Positions 38,266 to 51,940 of a stretch of DNA of 64,000 nucleotides are shown here, one piece after another. The DNA comes from Lingula anatina (Eukaryota; Animalia; Brachiopoda). Within the stretch, counting starts at the first letter, position 1. Each line of letters opens with the position of its first letter. The notes under the pieces were generated by a model. It was not told the origin of the DNA, made no database searches, and saw only the letters and a list, made by a program, of their open reading frames with translations. The translations under genes were made by a program, and so were the position numbers. The stretch is taken from assembly GCA_051362555.1 (NCBI GenBank), contig CM120648.1, forward strand, positions 15,930,587-15,994,586, written 5' to 3'.

Positions 38266-40139
38266 CGGGTTAAGTTGATTGAACTGAGCTTAGACAGCTC
38301 TAGCAGTTTAAAATTCCAAGAATTTAGTCAGAAATACGAGACAATCGGCTTTTTTAGATTCTTTTGTGAGAACATTGTGAGAACATACAGACTTGACAAT
38401 TAATATGGGATTTTTTTTCAAATTATTTTTCATCAGTTTTTTTCCTATTTTGCTGAATGGTAAATGAAAATAAGGATTGAAATCTTGGTTTAATAACTTT
38501 TAATAATCTCTTTGATGCCACTGTGACGTCAATTCATTAATTGAATTCTCTAGTGTAGCAAACAAAAAGACTTTCCCTATTCTAAGTCATACGACAACCA
38601 TTAAAAAGATATTTTGGATCTCCGTATTTTCCAAATTATCTCTTTAAAATAGTTCCACGCTCCACAAAGGATCCTTATGTCAGCGTCTAGTCACAGCAAC
38701 GGTAGTTGTTACACCTGACCTCATCTGGCTGCTACCAGAGCTCTCAAGTGGCAAGGCATTCCTTGGGATAGGTTTTTAGAGATTAATCTTGAATCATTGA
38801 ATCATCTTGAATCCTTCACTTGTCCAATTTTTTTTTTTTTTTTTGTAGGACATGTAGATAGTTGATTCGGCGGGTAATGAGCTACCCAAATATTGTCCAT
38901 GTGGTTCAAATATGGTTATTTTGATGACCAAGGTAGCTGCTAATACCCTTGGTTCTTTAAGTTGCTGTTGAATGTGCTCTGTGTAAAACCGGCAACCTCA
39001 CCGTGCAACCTAAAATTGTACCTAAGGTTCCCTTACTAAATGATAGTCAGGTGGTTTCCAGATTATTCCTTTATTTGATGTGGTTCAGATTTTCATCGAT
39101 GACTACCATTGGTGTTTTGGCACCAATGTGGTATCCATTCCAAATTCTTACACTGTCAATAGTTATAGTCGCTTTAAACGCGGCACACGCTTCGGCGTAG
39201 ACCTCTTCAGGATGTCTATAAACTCTGTTGTGACTAGTTGAGCGGTACAAGTGAAACCTGACATCAATAGAGAAAGCCATTGGGTTTCAGTGTACTACCA
39301 AGAAACGGCTTTGGACCCTAATTCATTAGAGAAACAGACAACGCTGTTTTGCTGTTTACAGTGGCTTCCTCAGAGGTCGCCTGATATCCTAACCTGCTGA
39401 AACCAGGTTGGCGTTCTCTAAGACCCTTGAAAAACGCGTTTTGTTGGCAATTTGACCCTCATTGTGAACGGACTGGATGGTTTTTGTTTAGTTACATCAA
39501 CATATCCGGAAGGAAAATGAGTCCTCTATCCTGGTGGTAAGATTTCGGTACATTGGGCGTGACCTTTGTGTAGGTACATCAGTATGGGCAAAACTCTATA
39601 AAACTATGCGAATCGTTCCATGTGACACAATAATCTGCCTGGTAATGTCTGTCTTTTTCGCGCCATTCTTGCACAGATTAACAATTTTGTTAAACACTTT
39701 TTAGTTCATGTTACGCACTGCAAAGTCGACCACTTGCATGCAACATTTTAAAGTCTTCTATGCGGTAGTTACCAACATATGGGTACTTTTTGGACAGAAT
39801 CATGCTTCACCAAAGCCAAGCTTTGACCAGCCCAAAGGAGCACTATCCAATTAAATTACTGCATATTACGCAATGCAGCAGCGCAACAGGCATAGTAGTC
39901 AGGTAATTGGTAGCGACACACCTGACCACATATTTCTCCATTCACTTATCTTATATGAAATCTGAGTTTCTTGAAAAAAGAACTCATTTTACCTAGGCGT
40001 ACCTTTGAAACTCTAATATTCCATATCAAATGTCAAGTCTGTGTAAGTTGAGATTTTAAGAAGAAAGATCTGATGATTAAGATTTTCTGAATGCGCTCCT
40101 AGGGAGCTGTCTAAAGTCAGCAAGCTCAACTAAAACTCG
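38266..40139 (-). mobile_element. Old degenerate Tc1-like element with long (~140 bp) TIRs
   Basis: 38266-38410 is inversely similar to 40020-40139. Minus-strand remnants FSIDVRFHLYRS..RVYRHPEE..SVRIW..TPMVVIDENLN and PWSSK*PYLNHMDNIW. Confidence 0.75.
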
Positions 40140-41095
40140 TAAATGAGAGGATAATCAGCCTAAATTACATATACCTTCTTCAATATATCGTATCATAATC
40201 CTTTTAATGTTACTCAAATTAACAACCGCTAGATGTTGGTGCCAGCCAAGCTTATGTTTTACTCTTAACTTGTTGTATTAAACTTCTACTAAAATAAATT
40301 TGAAAATTAGCATTGTTTATGTTTTGTCTGACTTTATTGCTCATTAATGATCAATTGCGGTCAGAGACGCCATGAAAAGTCAAATTTTGTGAAAATACCT
40401 TCGGGATTTTCCGCCTCCTATTTTTGAAGGTTCTTGAGCGTTGGTTACGTTAAGCACACCGAGCTAAGACTTAAGACTATGTGAAACACTCCTAGTCGAC
40501 CTAGCTACATGTAGGTCACTAAGCTCATTCTAGCCAACTACAGATTTAAGATTCTGTGTGAATTAGACGGGGCCTGAAGCTGGTTTCACAAATAAAAGCC
40601 CGAAAATTTGTCTCAAATTTTACACCAAAATTTGGTCTTTTTCTATTCAAGAGTGAACCTAGGCCATGCGTTTGTCCTAGAGTAAACTAGTAGTCGATCA
40701 ATAAATGAACTGCATTTTGTTATATTTTTGTTACTAAAATACATTAGGTCAAAGCAAACTTGAATATTGGTCTTAACATTACGAGGGATTTTAGTTGGCT
40801 AAGCTACTACTATGAGGCAGGACATAAATACCGAAGAATTAGTTTGTATCTCGACGGGAAGAGTTAAACTTTGAAAGTTTTTGCTTTGATCGACCCTGTG
40901 CTGTATACTGCATGTATCTATTCATAGTTCCAGATAAAAGCCATGACTTAAGCCACCTTATTTAAAAATGGTGACATTTTCTGTTGATAAATTAGACTTT
41001 GTTGCATGAAATGTTACCGTGAGTAGAAATTAATATTGTTCAGTATTCTATTTTAGATCTGAGGAGTGTTACAGAATAGCACTAGTATAAGATGG

Positions 41096-41142
<47 letters not shown>

Positions 41143-41149
41143 TTATATA

Positions 41150-41346
41150 ATTATTATATAATTATTATTAAATACTTTTAATATTAAAATACTATATACT
41201 TAAAAGTTCAGCATTATTTCTAGTTCTTAAAGGGGCTATATTTGAAAATTATTATATAATTATTATTAAATACTTTTAATATTAAAATATTATATACTTA
41301 AAAGTTCAGCATTATTTCTAGTTCTTAAAGGGGCTATATTTGAAAA
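41150..41346. repeat. Two-copy ~98-bp tandem duplication next to (TA)n
   Basis: attattattaaatacttttaatattaaaat...aggggctatatttgaaaa occurs twice head to tail. Confidence 0.85.
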
Positions 41347-41718
41347 AAAAAGAACATTTCAAGAAGTGAATGGACTGGGTGTAAATCTCGTTGTAATGGA
41401 CGCTTCCATTTCCAATTCAACCTTTCGAGAGGTAGTAATAAGATTATTGAGATTCAAAGACTTTATGAGCTATGAAACTTAACTGTACCTGTGTAGAGTA
41501 TTAGGTACATACATTGTAACGCATGCTGTGGGCTGTAGGTTCAAAGGTTAGCGGTCACTGGTGGTATTTTGGTAATGGCAACAGTCAATCGGAATGGCAC
41601 TTTCACCCTCCCCCCCCCCCCCCCCAATAAAAGATCATGGGACGTCATCTGTAAAATTAACACCTGGAAAATGTCCATGTACATATCATAATATAAGTAT
41701 AACGACCATATAACAACC

Positions 41719-41778
<60 letters not shown>

Positions 41779-41814
41779 GTTTAAGTCTGATTTTGGCTTA
41801 CATAGTATGTAGCT

Positions 41815-42393
41815 TTACACTTGGTCCGAAAATCCATTCATAATATCCATTAAGCGTGCTACACTACTCGCCAGAGTCATATCTGTGTGTCGCTTCAGTC
41901 TTTCTAACTGGATTTCTCTCGTGCGCAATTTCCGTCGACTTGGATCTGCTCCGTCCACTTGTCGATTCACTTCGGTCTTTAAATTACTCATGGAAAAACC
42001 GCCATTGCAAAGTCGCATTTGGCGGCGTCTAATTTTCTGCAGTTGTTCGCCCGGGCGCTTAAACTCTGGTTGTCCGCACTGCCTTTGATAAATGTTTTCC
42101 ATTTTATACTCAGTTTTTAGGAGGCCTTTATACGCCTCCATCTTTTCTATGGTTCTCCGTATGCTGCTGATGGTTCGATCGGTCACCGTTTCCTGATATT
42201 GTCGATGCTTTTCTATAAACTGGGTCGTTGCTTGGCATTTGGCGGCCTCTATGTCATTGAGTTTCTGCGCACGTCGCCTCGTGGCCAAACTCACATCAAG
42301 CATGGCGCTGTTGTTGGACCTCCAGTTGCCTTGGTTACTGGCTTTGAACGTGCCTTTGGAATGCGACATGGCGCCTAGCGAAGTGAGGTTCAT
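41815..42393 (-). CDS. Orphan 192-aa basic, helical protein (intact copy B)
   Basis: Open ATG-to-stop frame, higher GC than flanks, indel-free alignment with the paralog at 9946-10524; no recognisable domain. Confidence 0.7.
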   Translation of the reverse strand: MNLTSLGAMSHSKGTFKASNQGNWRSNNSAMLDVSLATRRRAQKLNDIEAAKCQATTQFIEKHRQYQETVTDRTISSIRRTIEKMEAYKGLLKTEYKMENIYQRQCGQPEFKRPGEQLQKIRRRQMRLCNGGFSMSNLKTEVNRQVDGADPSRRKLRTREIQLERLKRHTDMTLASSVARLMDIMNGFSDQV

Positions 42394-45300
42394 CGCTGTT
42401 TGTCCTAGCTGTTTTGTTTGTACAATAAAATGACGCTTCTAACGGTATACCTTCCTCGAACTGTGTTTTCTATTCACACTCCTCTGCAACTGTTGATTAT
42501 TTAAACTGTGTTAGAATGACTCAACTATCAATGCTGTTTGTAATAATTTCCTTCTGGCATTGTGTATACTGGCCTACCCTTGAATAGATTCTTGAAAGTA
42601 CATTTTGATTGAATTATCACAAACATTTTAACGAATTGTTTCATATAACTACTCTTATTGTCTAGACGCCCCAATGCGCAAAAAAACATCTACCTTTCGA
42701 CTTTTGCTTTTGCTTGATTTTTAATCTTTATTGTCCTCCTTCTCACTCTTGCTTCATCGTGTGTATACTATTTTAGTCATATATGTAACTCATTGAGTGT
42801 GTGCATCCGGGGATGGAAACGGCTGAGACTTCTGTGGTGGCAAAATCTGCGGTTAACTCAATGAACAAACCTGAAATATATCTTCCTCGTGTTGTTGGTT
42901 GTCGGTGAATAACGAAAGGAAATTACCTGGCAAATAAACCCAGGAAACTGGTGACAGGTCGTGAGTGTGTTTTCCAATAACCAAAACCGCCACTAGCCAA
43001 TTTTGTCCCTGATCTTAGAATATGCGATGGCAATGCTTATCAAACTGAAAAACTGAAACACCTGTTCCGCCAGTCTCTGTGATATTTTGTTGACAGCTTG
43101 CGCTTCTTTTAAAATCACTGCTTGGTTTTCCTGTTTGTATAAGATCATACGATTTTTACGTTAGTGAACACGTTAGAAAACGCGTTCAGAAAACGAACAA
43201 AATTGTTTCCTTAGCTGCGTTCATTCTCCGTCTGGTCGATGGTGTGTATCATGAGTTAAAAATATCCCGTAGCTCTCTGTTGGTAACACCACTTACACTT
43301 TTACCGGTGACATTATACACGTTTTTACTGTTTTTCCATCAAATTTCTCTCTTCTGCAGAGGGTACCTTCAACAATGTTATCCGTGTTGCTGTTGTTTCC
43401 TATGCTTCGCGAGTCTGATGAAATTCTGAACTTGGTATTAGCTAGTAAACATACATTGTCTGGATATCGTTTAAAAATGAGAACAATCAATACCAAGTTT
43501 GCATTACTTCAGTAAAACCGAGTCTGTATGTATACATTTGAAACTGCATCAATTGAAACGGGATCCGTTTCATACTGTTCTGCTTTGCGAAGCGTGCTGA
43601 TTTTTAATGATCGCGTCCTTTATGCTTTCTCTTTGTATTATTGATTGACAAAGCAAAGAACTGTGACCATGATTCTATTGTCTAGGCAGTGCGACATCTG
43701 ACGCATACCCCGTAGATGTTTGCAGGGAATATCGACGCTAGCAGGTTTTTGCTGTAACTTTGCGTTGAATAATTTAAAGTCCAGTTTAGCTGCTGCTACC
43801 TGAGATGTAGTTTACTTTGGAAATGTACACAGGCACGAACACAAACACGCTATCTCTCTTTCTCACACACACACACACACACGCACGCACACAGACACGC
43901 ACACAAACACCACCCAAACCCAATACAGAGGTGCGTTTCACATGCTGAAGTGTCCAAAAATAAAATTGAATGATTTCAAATTTGTATTCAATTTTTAAAC
44001 CATATATGTACGTGTATGTGCATGGAACAAAAACTCACGACTGTCTCAATTTGAATTCACAATGTAATTTTTACCATGCCTTTACTTAACGCATAGAGCC
44101 CTAAATGATGACGCATGTTCTGGAAACGTATGGGGATGTATGTTCCGGGTCATTTAATTTTAATTTCATTCGCGTTCCGATATATTTTGTAGTGATTCAG
44201 TCACACGACTTACATGACGTAAGGGTGTTTTTTTTTATAAATACATATATTTAAACTGTAACTCAAGGGGCTTTGCATCGTGCCTAATAGTATGTAATGT
44301 ATGTTCCCCAGAAAAGTTGTCAAAAAGTTTCATTTTGTTCACGTACCTGATGTAATAGAAAACAGTGTTTTTTTTTTTTTTTTGTTTTTTGTTTTTGTTT
44401 TTTTTTGTTGTTGTTGTTTTGTTTTGTTTTTTGCTTTTTTTTAAATATACAGTGACAAGCAAACCAAAGGCGCTCAAATACAATTAACTGCTCTATACAG
44501 AAAATTATTATAAATTTTTCACTGCGTTATACTCGTAGGAGATAAATCAAAAAACAAAGCCAGTGATGATTGAATTTTAAAAGTGAGTTAAATGTTTCAC
44601 AGCTGGACGTTTTGCATTTGTGACAGTAACGTACGTTCGTTTTTGAGGATAAACGATGATTTGTTATTATTCATGGTTCCCGGACAGTGAAACTTTGATA
44701 CAAACTTCTTCTTGTGGGACCCTGAAATAATCAAACATAGTTTGCAATCTGTGCACAACATGGTTTAAGAGCATGCCTGTGACCTCATTTGCACCTCAAT
44801 ATTGGGTTTGGGAGACACACACACACACACTGTGGGAACAGTCGTCATGCAGCACAGGATGCAAATGACTCCGCGTGCTCGAAAGTGCACTGTTTGAAAT
44901 TAACAAATTGGTGAAATTGACAAAGCCTGTCGGTGTTTATCGTCTGGTTGGTTTTATGGGATTTTTTGGTGTCGTTGTGAGGAATTCTATTGGAAAAATT
45001 CTGTTAATTGTACGTATTAAAAGGTACATTCAGCGGACTGTCCTTAGAATAACATTTATTTTGACTTTATTATAAGGGGATTCCCTTTGTATTTATAGTG
45101 TTATATGTGACCCCAGAGGACCCCCCCCCCCTCACAAACACACACACACACATACACACACTTGATTAATAAAATGCTTTATATGACAGGTTGAAATGAT
45201 ATTGCAAAATGCATTTAAAATTGTAGGAAGGATAAGTGCAGATAATGCTGCGAGGATATTCTCATTCAAGCGCGAAATCGCCCAATATAAGAAATACTTC

Positions 45301-45787
45301 AACTACGTGTTTTTAGCGTCAGTTCTAATTTATTGAAAGCGAGGCAATGGAACTAAACATTACGTACTGGTGCAATTTGTAATCTCGCAAAAAATAATAT
45401 TTTTTAACGAAGATCATCGCATGGCATAATTCAGAGGACGCAACGTTTATTATTGGATTCTTCAATAATGATAGATATTAAAAAATACGATACAGTGGCG
45501 GATTTAGAGGTTGTTCTAAAAATATTGCACTAATAGTCAAAGTAAAAAAGACGTAATCTATCTAGGAACGAGCCGTGTCGGTTTTTCAAATAAGTGCTCG
45601 AGTACATGATGAGCTTTAACAACATTGATAATAATACCATGTTTGCAGACTTTCGATTTGCGGTATGAAATACATATGCACGGCTCTCGTTATGGCAGAT
45701 TAATACAAGTACATGAACAGTCCATCTGGCCCTCTCTGTGAGAATGTAGAAAGTTTCCATATGATCCATTCCCTACCATCGAAGCTT

Positions 45788-45885
45788 CTGTGGTTCCGTG
45801 TGTTAAAACACCACTGTCTTCAACATGACTATACACAGCTAGACGTGGGTTCGATTCTTGAGATCATCACTGTTATTTTTTTTTC
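45788..45885 (+). mobile_element. tRNA-related SINE-like fragment
   Basis: B box GGTTCGATTC, weak A box, followed by a T-run. Confidence 0.4.
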
Positions 45886-45913
45886 TTGAAATCATTTCTA
45901 AAATTTGCGTTTG

Positions 45914-45989
<76 letters not shown>

Positions 45990-46470
45990 AAGTCATCAGC
46001 AAATCATGGTGACGGCAAGTCATGAGTTCACATCCCAGATGACGCATGTCAATTTACCACAACAGCGAGCTGGCCCCGCAATCGAAAACGCAATCGTGTG
46101 TTCGAGCAAATTGCCTTTTGCATAAAATCCGGTATAGTTTAGAATTAGTGATTGGTTTTGACAACAAATTATTGCTCGACATTATCATAAAGTCTGTGTC
46201 GTCAATTATATATCTTTTCTTTGCATTAAAGTCTTTAAAATGATACTTAGTCGGGAATGGTCATTGATCTCCATCCTTTACCAACTACGCAACAGAACAA
46301 AATTGAATTGAGTCAATACTTTACCCGACATGGCGTTATGCATGTCATACAGCCCTTTCATGAAAAAAGAAGGTATCTGCTAGTTGGGACTATCAGCAAG
46401 AAAGTTTTTTTCAAAACCACATTGCCGCTATTGCTATACTGGTTTGTTTTTATCCCCCCCCCCCTCCTTG

Positions 46471-48992
46471 AAATGGCTAAGACTACTCACAGCTAAAACC
46501 GCCAATTTCTTAACCGCTTTGGCTCTCAACGTGCCCTATAGCGTCACAGGTGAAATTAAACGTAAACTCAGTGTAAAACAAAATGAAAATAACAGCATCT
46601 GAAATTATCTAACTAAAAATGTTTGGCTATTACGTAAGATTGTCACCTAAATGGCTGACTTTTGGGTGCCTTGAGGCCAGTGAAAGGGAGTCTCCCCCCG
46701 GACGAATTACCTGTAAGAACCCGGTAAAGTGGTTCAGTAAGCAGTAGCGGCTTTAGAGGGTGTCTGGGGGGTCCTGACCCCCCTTCGATTTCTGAAAAAA
46801 AATCAAATCAATGGACCCTTCTTGAAATTATAATTTGGGCAAGCTGAATCAAAGTTTTAAACCGTACCAAGTGGCACCGTTCGCCCTGTAAAATGCCATT
46901 TTTTCCGTCCCCAGGCCCCAAACCAAGAGTGGGGGGGTCGAGTTGGCATCCGCGGACCCCCCCCCTTCAAAAATTCCTGCATCCGCCATTAGGATAGAAC
47001 AAATTCGTATGCGAGACCAATTAATTAATATTTTGTAGAGGCTTAGAGGCTAAGCTTGGTTCTCATATTGAGGCACGACGTTTTATTCGTGTGCTTCGTC
47101 ATGCACACAAACACGCACAAACACACGCGCATCTTATTCACCATCTTGACCGAGAAGTAGATTTTTTAGTCCAATTGGTCGTGACGATATTCCTGTTTCT
47201 CCCCACTGGGTCTTTGTGAAGCGATAAGAGCATTAATTGATCTCTAAATGGACGTTTTATACACAGGCGTTGTCTAAAATTTTTTGATTACTTTTTAACG
47301 TCCACTTAATTTACACTTTTTTTCAGTGTGATGTCGCTATACCTAACCAACAACCAGAAATTAAGTGCGAACATTTTCGATCGTCAAGTAAAGAGAGGGT
47401 GACTAAGAAACCAATGTTGATTGGGTAATTTTACAATTATGAATTTGATTGATTTATTAATAATAAGATAGGAGGAGAGATTAATCCAGGAAACAGGATA
47501 TGTGTATTTTTGTGCACCACATTGCTGTGCCTCTATATGCACCCAAAGCAGTGAGGGCACTATAAGAGTTTACTTAAAACTTTTTCACATTCTTTTTTCT
47601 GAGCAGCGTTGCAACTGCTGGATTCACCGATCACCGATTAATGAATTTATTAATAATTAATTAAATAATTAACGAATTAGGGAGGTTGGTGAGGATTTTG
47701 AAATGATGTGTATAAAAATTCTTTTATTGAGAAGAATGTCTCGAGTTCATTTGCTTTAAAAACAAAGGTTCTGGACATATCTGTGCCAAAACTTGAAACA
47801 GGAAGTCTCAAAGGGCAGCTGGACGGTGACCTGGCTTCCGGGGACTAACTCTCAAGCGCCATGTTAAAGGCACCGAAACTACTCTTAGTTTCACGTAAGT
47901 TGTAAACTTCTGATGATTCTAATTAGTTTGATATTACATGTGAGTTACACGTATAAGAGAAGTTTTAAAAGCTTTTGTCTGCTCCCATCATACCACGATG
48001 TCTTTTCCATTTCACTGTCTATTTAATAAATTTTACTTATTTGTTCGTTCAGGCTCAAGATTTTTCAGAAAAAGACCCCCCCCTTTGAAATTTCTGGCAA
48101 CGGGCCTATCGTTTGTTTATTTTGTTAACTGTAGAGACAAAGGACAAGAACGCAAGAATTCAAGCAATTTAAGACATTTAATGAAGCAAGAGTGACATAT
48201 CAAAGCGGATCAAAAAAAAAAAAAAAAAACAAAACATTCTAGCATCATTCATGCCTTCGAGTAGCATTCAGGCAACAATTATGATAAAGATCTGCTAACA
48301 ATCATGAGGTAGTTGTGCGGCAATTAATCTACAGTCAAAGTATCGCCACTTGTCCAGTGCAGTCTTTGCATTAACGGCATTTTCAAATTTCTTTTTCTTT
48401 GTATAAAATCTGTCATTTCCGTAGACTGAAAATTCTTAAAATATCTATTGCTATGGCTAAGGATTTCTTTGCCTTTGTGAAAATAGTCATGATAAAAGTT
48501 GAGAAAAATTAAAGTCAAAGTATCACCACTTGTGCATTGCAGTCATTGCATTAAAGGCATCTTCATAATTTTCTTCTTCTTTAAATAAAATCTGTCATTT
48601 CCGTAGACTGAAAATTCTTAAAATATATTTTGCTATGGCTAAGTATTTATTTGCCTTTGTGAAAATAGTCATGATAAAAGTTGAGAAAAATCAAATACTA
48701 CACACTCCATACCATGTGGCAAGCTATCAAACGTTCAATACCTTTAGCAAGATCCCTTTAACCATCCATCTATCTGTATCATAATGCACTGTTTTAGAGA
48801 ATTTAAAACTGAAGGCTTACAACACATAAATCACAACGGCTAAACATAAAAGAGTCAAAAGTCGTCAAATCATTTCCAGGCATTTGCGCTTTTTTGAAAG
48901 ATGTTGTTAACACTTGAGCATTGAGTTTTTGTGTACCGTTATATTAATTTCAAGTCTATGAGAACCAAAGGCAAATAACTACGGAAAATCTT
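46471..48992 (+). repeat. ~2.5-kb direct repeat copy 1 (copy 2 at 56585-59129); contains a two-copy ~180-bp tandem at ~48332-48691
   Basis: Near-identical from aaatggctaagactactcacag to actacggaaaatctt. Confidence 0.95.
46742..46991. mobile_element. hAT-like MITE (CAGTGGCGGAT...ATCCGCCAyTG family); copy at ~56857-57108, fragments at 31187 and 45493
   Basis: Terminal motifs and G/C-run interior are shared among copies. Confidence 0.55.
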
Positions 48993-49489
48993 GCCAAGAA
49001 AGTCCAAATAAAAGCGGTGAATTGGCACTTTGTTTCAAACGGAGATTTAAATGAGGGTCCCACTGGGTATTTTTGTAACCCGTGAAAGCAACTTTTTATT
49101 TCCCCAGATGCATTAAACGTTCATATTATTTAGAGCGGCATCTGAATGCTGATTTTTATTTCTCGTTCGTCGTTAAACGAAGTCATTATACTCAGCGATA
49201 CGTGGTTTTCAACTTGCCGGGCTTGCATTTTCAATGAGATATGAATAAAATCTTATTTACTGTGATTTGTGATTTGCTGGTTTTATTTCCCGTGGTCTTA
49301 ACGCCCCCCCACCCCCCACCCCCCCTCTCACATGGGACCCTCTCAGAAAGTCCGAAAGCAAAATTAATGTTCGGAAATGAGAACAATTTGAGTCTCAGTT
49401 GGCTGTGGTATTGCGTCTCCATGTAAACATGCCAGCTGTATTACATTCGATGCTATAGCGCAAGTATTTTGCATGCCTTATAATTCAGA

Positions 49490-50216
49490 TTACATGAGAA
49501 AGGCAATGAAAGGGTGGTAGAGCATACGCCCGGAGAACTGGATATCCAGTTGGTATCTGCCGAGAGTGGGCACGAGGTAGGTGATGTCGTAATGCAGACA
49601 GGTCGGGCCACACTGGCGATAGATGGCGGCCATGCCGGTGTCTTCGTTGTTGACTTTCAGAACTGGGCACATTTCTGCGCTGCCGGTTGGAACGAACAAA
49701 AATACACACGTCTTAGGCGTCTGGTGCTTGGCTGCGGTCCGAGACGAATGACGTCAAATGTATACCGTCCGTTTCTGGCGGGATCTGAATGCAAACGGAA
49801 TGAATTAATTGATCAATTATAATAAATAATTATGCACCTTCCATAAATTTCAAAACTCTTAGAATTGGCATAATTAACACTTTGCAAAAAAAAAAAAAAG
49901 TGAAAATATATCATGAGTAAACTAGTAGACTTTCGGGCAGAAACAAAATAGTGTAATCACATGTACAATTGCGTGGGCTCGGTTGTTAAGTACTCATGAT
50001 TTTCATTCAGTATTTATTATTTAAATCAATGAAAAGAAAGAAAAGGGGGAACAGAGGGAAGAGCCACTGTACACTTACTTTTCGCATTACTGTAAATTAC
50101 TGAGAGGGGGAGAGATGGGGGTAAAGAAAATACGTACACACACACACACACACACACAGAGAGTGAGAGAGAGAGAGATAGAGAGAGAGAGAGATGAGGA
50201 AAAAATACGGAAAGAG

Positions 50217-50262
<46 letters not shown>

Positions 50263-50500
50263 GGAAAAATACGGAAAGAGGGAGAGAGAGAGAGAGAGGG
50301 AAAGAGAGATGGGACCACAGAAAATACGTAAAGACAGGTAAAGGAAGCCAAAGAAAATACGAGAGAGAGAGAGAGTACCTTCGTTGGACTCAGTGGCACA
50401 GATCAGTGTCGACCGAAAGAGCCATTGCAGCTCAGAATTCCAGCATGTCAGGAGGCCTGGGCATTCAGACATGAGGACCGAGTGTTCACTCGTCTTGAAC
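49490..50500 (-). CDS. Last two exons of a gene ending in a filamin/ABP280-type Ig-like repeat (50500-50379; 49784 or ~49731 to 49490), possibly frameshifted
   Basis: GC-rich exons with ccctag acceptor and AG|GTACTC donor. C-terminus YDITYLVPTLGRYQLDIQFSGRMLYHPF fits the filamin-repeat YxVxYxPxxxGxYxIxVxFxG..PF pattern. Confidence 0.55.
50135..50375. repeat. Compound (CA)n/(GA)n minisatellite with repeated gaggaaaaatacggaaagag unit
   Basis: Direct inspection. Confidence 0.85.
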
Positions 50501-51042
50501 CTAGGGTCAAGAAAAGTATAAACGTTAATTGCAAAAAATCATTGAGGCCATTTTCCCATCAAAACACCACTGGTCTGCGTGGATCGACCAAACTCTGCGG
50601 GGACTCTGGCTGACTGCAATCAGTTTAACTGAATTACAAGCCTCCCATGGCGTAAAGTAGAATACAGAAAAGCTGTCAATTATACGAGTATGTTGGAAAC
50701 AAGATGAGGCGTGTCACTCGCTTAAGCTGATTGCACTTAACGAAAACCACTTTTTTCCACTCTCTCCTTTGCTACAATATAAATGCGTGTTAATGGAGTT
50801 TCAACTTTTTTTACCATTAGTGTTAGTTGCATGCAGCTACAGGATGCACTGCCACTGTCTGCAATAGAATATTCCAATGAAAACTATTAAAACTAAGACC
50901 TCATTCAGGATTGGGGACTAACTAGTCCACAGATCAGATATGGCGTCCTACTACAAAGCTTGCCGTCTAATCTGCTAATAGACACTAAATAGATATCCCG
51001 TTGGGAAGTTTTCAAGTGGTGTCATATTTGGCCATCGGACAA

Positions 51043-51367
51043 GTTAGTACCCTGTTCTAAATGGTCCCATTCAGAATGGATGATCTGGAACTAACTAATT
51101 CGCCGACTAAATATGGCTGACCACACTTCAAAAAAGATATCTCGATGATCTCCCCGCCTCCACACGCGCCGTCGCTGCAGGGGCCTAGCAATTAAACCTC
51201 GGGGCGGCAATTTCATCCATTTAATGGCACGTGTGTTGGCAAGGAGACCATCATCTCTTTTGAAGTGTGGTCTGCTATATGTAATCGGCTGATCAGTTGG
51301 TACTCGAATCATTCATTCTGAATGGTGGCAAAGGGACCTAAGAGCGTATTCAGAACAGTGGACTAAC
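51043..51367. mobile_element. TIR element (Academ-like TAG...CTA termini)
   Basis: gttagtaccctgttctaaat / attcagaacagtggactaac inverted ends and an inner cattcagaatg/cattctgaatg pair; no clear TSD. Confidence 0.4.
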
Positions 51368-51369
51368 AG

Positions 51370-51422
<53 letters not shown>

Positions 51423-51940
51423 TTATTTTAAGTCTAAAATCCATTTAAAATGTTCAGTAGACTTTACATAAAATATCATAAATAATACTACATAAAATAT
51501 CATAAATAAAATCTAGGTAAAACAGCCATTATTCCATACAATTAAATGCAATTAATACAAGATTTATAAAACCAATTAAGAGTTAATCAAAATATTTCCT
51601 AAAAAGGTATGTTTTGAGTTCTTTTTTAAAATGTTTGGTAGACTGAATTGCTCGGATTAAATATGGCGACCCACTAAAAAGCTTGCCCCTTAGTTTAGTA
51701 TAAGACACTGAATAGAATAGTTACACGATCGACGAAAATAGTGACAGCACTGGTTTTAATACACCGTAGATGAGAAATGTTTGACAATTGAATTGACGAA
51801 AGTAGATGTTGAATTTATGACAGGATCGTTTAAACTTGAAACTGAATCGATGGGAAGGCAGTGAATCGACGAAACATAACTGAATCGACGACATGAATTT
51901 TTGCCCTTTTGGCCGCCCATACACTTATCAAGAGTAACAA

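Larger units (their letters stand above)
30405..43063 (+). repeat. Segmental/tandem duplication unit B (IAP + orphan gene cassette)
   Basis: See unit A. Confidence 0.92.

Noticed and set aside
50026-50378. Long SL/RE-repeat ORFs
   Set aside because: (GA)n intronic repeat; only 50379-50500 looks exonic.
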